From positions 19,344,001-19,408,000 of the forward strand of contig CATNEN010000001.1 in the NCBI GenBank assembly GCA_950097015.1: a stretch of 64,000 nt of DNA, read 5' to 3'. A program made the translations under genes and the position numbers. Position 1 is the stretch's first letter. Every line of letters starts with the position of its first letter. Source of the stretch: Macrostomum hystrix (lineage: Eukaryota; Animalia; Platyhelminthes). Under the pieces are notes generated by a model. The model searched no databases, was not told where the DNA came from, and was given only the letters and a program-made list of their open reading frames with translations. Shown here piece after piece: positions 61,500 through 64,000 of the stretch.

Positions 61500-62066
61500 C
61501 TAATCTCGGAGCCATGGGTTCTTAACAAAAACGTCACTATCAATTTTTTTACCTGCCGTGTAGTCGAACGTAAGTTCTGTGCCGGCTGAAACATATTGGG
61601 TTGTAACAAAATAAACGACGGGTCGGAGCCCCTGGTTGATGATTATTAACTTCGCTTTACAGTTGGGAGCAGTAGCAGAATGATTTAGATACCTCCCAAA
61701 TCCATCACTGTTGCTGGCGTCAACTACCCATAATTTACCGTTAAATTTAAATTCAAATAGAAGCCAGTCAGAGTTGGGTTCACATTCACGCCGAATCGCT
61801 TCCTGCTCGTTCAGCAGGATGCCGGCGAACTCGTCGACATAAGCCCCGGCAGCTAGGTTGATTTTCGCAAAGGCGCCCAGTCCCTTCTCGCCCGCAGGTG
61901 CAACGGCGATCGCGGTGTCCGTCTTTCCGTTGATGCCCAGAACGCGTTCAGTAATATCTTTAGTGGTTGTCGGGGGCCGATAATTAATGGTAGACCGGCT
62001 CAGCCTCCGAGCCGGCCTCGTCTCAACGGTTGGCACAGGCTCAGGCTGCGGGGTGTAGTTAAACAT
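61500..62066 (-). CDS. Intronless SET-domain methyltransferase, SETD8/PR-Set7-like
   Basis: EKGLGAFA, VDEFAG, VVDAS, GRYLNHS..PNC, GTELTFDY, and a PR-Set7-type tail NPWL; intact 188 aa; TATAAAA ~62173-62179. Confidence 0.9.
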   Translation of the reverse strand: MFNYTPQPEPVPTVETRPARRLSRSTINYRPPTTTKDITERVLGINGKTDTAIAVAPAGEKGLGAFAKINLAAGAYVDEFAGILLNEQEAIRRECEPNSDWLLFEFKFNGKLWVVDASNSDGFGRYLNHSATAPNCKAKLIIINQGLRPVVYFVTTQYVSAGTELTFDYTAGKKIDSDVFVKNPWLRD

Positions 62067-62384
62067 GTTTTAATTTGCTTTCTCATCCGTCTAAATCGAA
62101 AACTCCCCTTTAGAATCTAAATTCCCCAAAGAGAGACAATTACACATAGAGAAACTTGGGCTCCTAAATCAATTTTATACAGCCACACCAATCGCTATTA
62201 GTTGACGTACCTCTAATCCACATACGGCTAGGGCGATGCGAAGCGATTGATCCACTCGTGACTTGCCTTCCTGGCCCTCTTCCTCGCTGTCGGTGAAGGA
62301 CAAATCGATGTTGCAGATGGGTTCAACATCAGGGACGGCGCGGTTTTTAGTCTGGGAAGTTGTTGTGCAAAATTATAATTTATC

Positions 62385-63005
62385 AAACCTCTCACTCTAC
62401 CTGTCACTCCACCTCTCACTCTACCTCTCACTCTTCCTCTCACTGCACCTCTCACTCTTCCTCTCACTCACTCTTTCTCTCACTCTACTTCTCACTCCAC
62501 CTCTGACTCTTCCTCTCACTCCACCTTTCACTCTACTTCTCACTCCACCTTTCACTCTACCTGTCACTCCACCTTTCACTCTTCCTCTCACCCCACCTCT
62601 CACTCTTTCTCCCACTCCACCTCTCACTCTACCTCTCACTCTTCCTCTCACTCTACTTCTCACTCTTTCTCTCACTCTACTTTTCACTCCACCTCTGACT
62701 CTTCCTCTCACTCCACCTTTCACTCTACTTCTCACTCCACTTTCACTCTACCTGTCACTCTTCCTCTCACTCCACCTTTCACTCTACTTCTCACTCCACT
62801 TTCACTCTACCTGTCACTCCACCTTTCACTCTTCCTCTCACTCTTTCTCCCACTCCACCTCTCACTCTACCTCTCACTCTTCCTCTCACTCCACCTTTCA
62901 CTCTACCTGTCACTCCACCTTTCACTCTTTCTCTCACTCCACCTTTCACTCCACCTGTCACTCCACCTTTCACTCTTCCTCTCACTCTTTCGCTCACCTC
63001 TCACC
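62385..63005. repeat. Pyrimidine-rich 12-bp-period minisatellite
   Basis: ctctcactccac / ctttcactcttc units; short recurrence at 63500-63568. Confidence 0.95.
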
Positions 63006-64000
63006 CTACTTAAGTTAACCATAATAGACACAGACTGTTAAAAGAATAAAGCAGGTGTAAAAATAGCTGTGAGTTGCTGCTTCTGATGTCTCACCTCACT
63101 GAGGGCGATCGATGCGCGCTTCAAACGAATTTTTAAACTGGGCCTGAATGTGCCCGCACCTTCGCAGTCGGATATTAGCCACTGATCACTGTTATCCATC
63201 GAAAGGTAATTGCTTCTGTGATGACAATGAATCGCAAAAGAATTTCATGTGCGCTGACAATGAATGTCAATGCAAATACTTCAGAGCTTAAAACTCGCAA
63301 TTTAACGGCTGCCTAACGGGGTTATAAGCAACCCCACCGCCGCCAATCCCACTGGCCCGCTCTCCATGAATGTGTACTGGACTTCGAGTGTCATGTTCAA
63401 GTTTTCAACCTAGATTCCCCCAAATGTGTTTTCAAATGTTTATTTAAAAACAAAACTAATCAAGCAGCTCACTTATAACTAATATTTTATACTTACCTAC
63501 CTCTAACTTTCACTCTACCTTTCACTCTTCCTCTCACTCTTTCTCCCACTCCACCTCTCACTCCACCTGCGCTGACAATGAATGTAATAGATTCTAGCCT
63601 AGATTTTCCCAAAAGTGTTTTTAAATGTTTGTATAAAAACAAAACTCATCAAGCAGCTCAATCATAAATTATATTTTATATTTAAAAAATATTGACAATA
63701 ACTTGTTTTTCGTTTAAAAATGTACTTTTTTCGGAAGCTAGGCCTTTTGACATTGATAGCTTCCAGAATTTTTTCAATTCCTTCTCGTCGTGGCTCGGAG
63801 GCATGACTGCAATTTAGGGAATTAAATATTAGTCAGCTTCCTTTCTTGGTTTGATCGTCAGGGTCTTTTGTTAACCGAGAAGGAGGCCCTTCCCTGCCGC
63901 ACCAGCAAGCATATAGCCTATGCTCTTGAGAACATTTCGGAATTATGAAGTGGTGTTGATTACCCGAGACTAGTTTTTTTATAATTTACTTTGCTTATTA

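Noticed and set aside
62263-63018. 251-aa ORF and antisense RVRG-repeat ORFs
   Set aside because: Translation of a 12-bp pyrimidine-rich minisatellite.

Overview
Eukaryotic (metazoan, probably invertebrate) repeat-dense DNA with no conventional multi-exon host gene. Evidence for a eukaryote: spliceosomal introns, animal transposon families and animal transcription-factor domains. All family assignments are by motif recognition, not database search. Left two-thirds: nested, mostly degraded elements. These are a totivirus-like RdRp fragment fused to a LINE, a second LINE, a gag-only Ty3/Gypsy element with LTRs and TSD, an LTR-bounded composite carrying a Polinton/Maverick capsid fragment, NOF/MULE, KDZ, two CACTA/EnSpm, hAT and Tc1/mariner transposase remnants, and a repeat that may encode a structured RNA. 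Right third (about 48-64 kb, with a rearranged mini-copy at 30.4-32.8 kb): a satellite-interleaved cassette of compact regulatory genes. It holds an Orange-less HES/hairy bHLH-WRPW gene, two bHLH-less WRPW micro-ORFs, an ETS domain behind a coding minisatellite, a SETD8/PR-Set7-like methyltransferase and a Q-rich small ORF, several sharing one upstream module. This cassette and the two captured viral fragments are the best candidates for novel biology.
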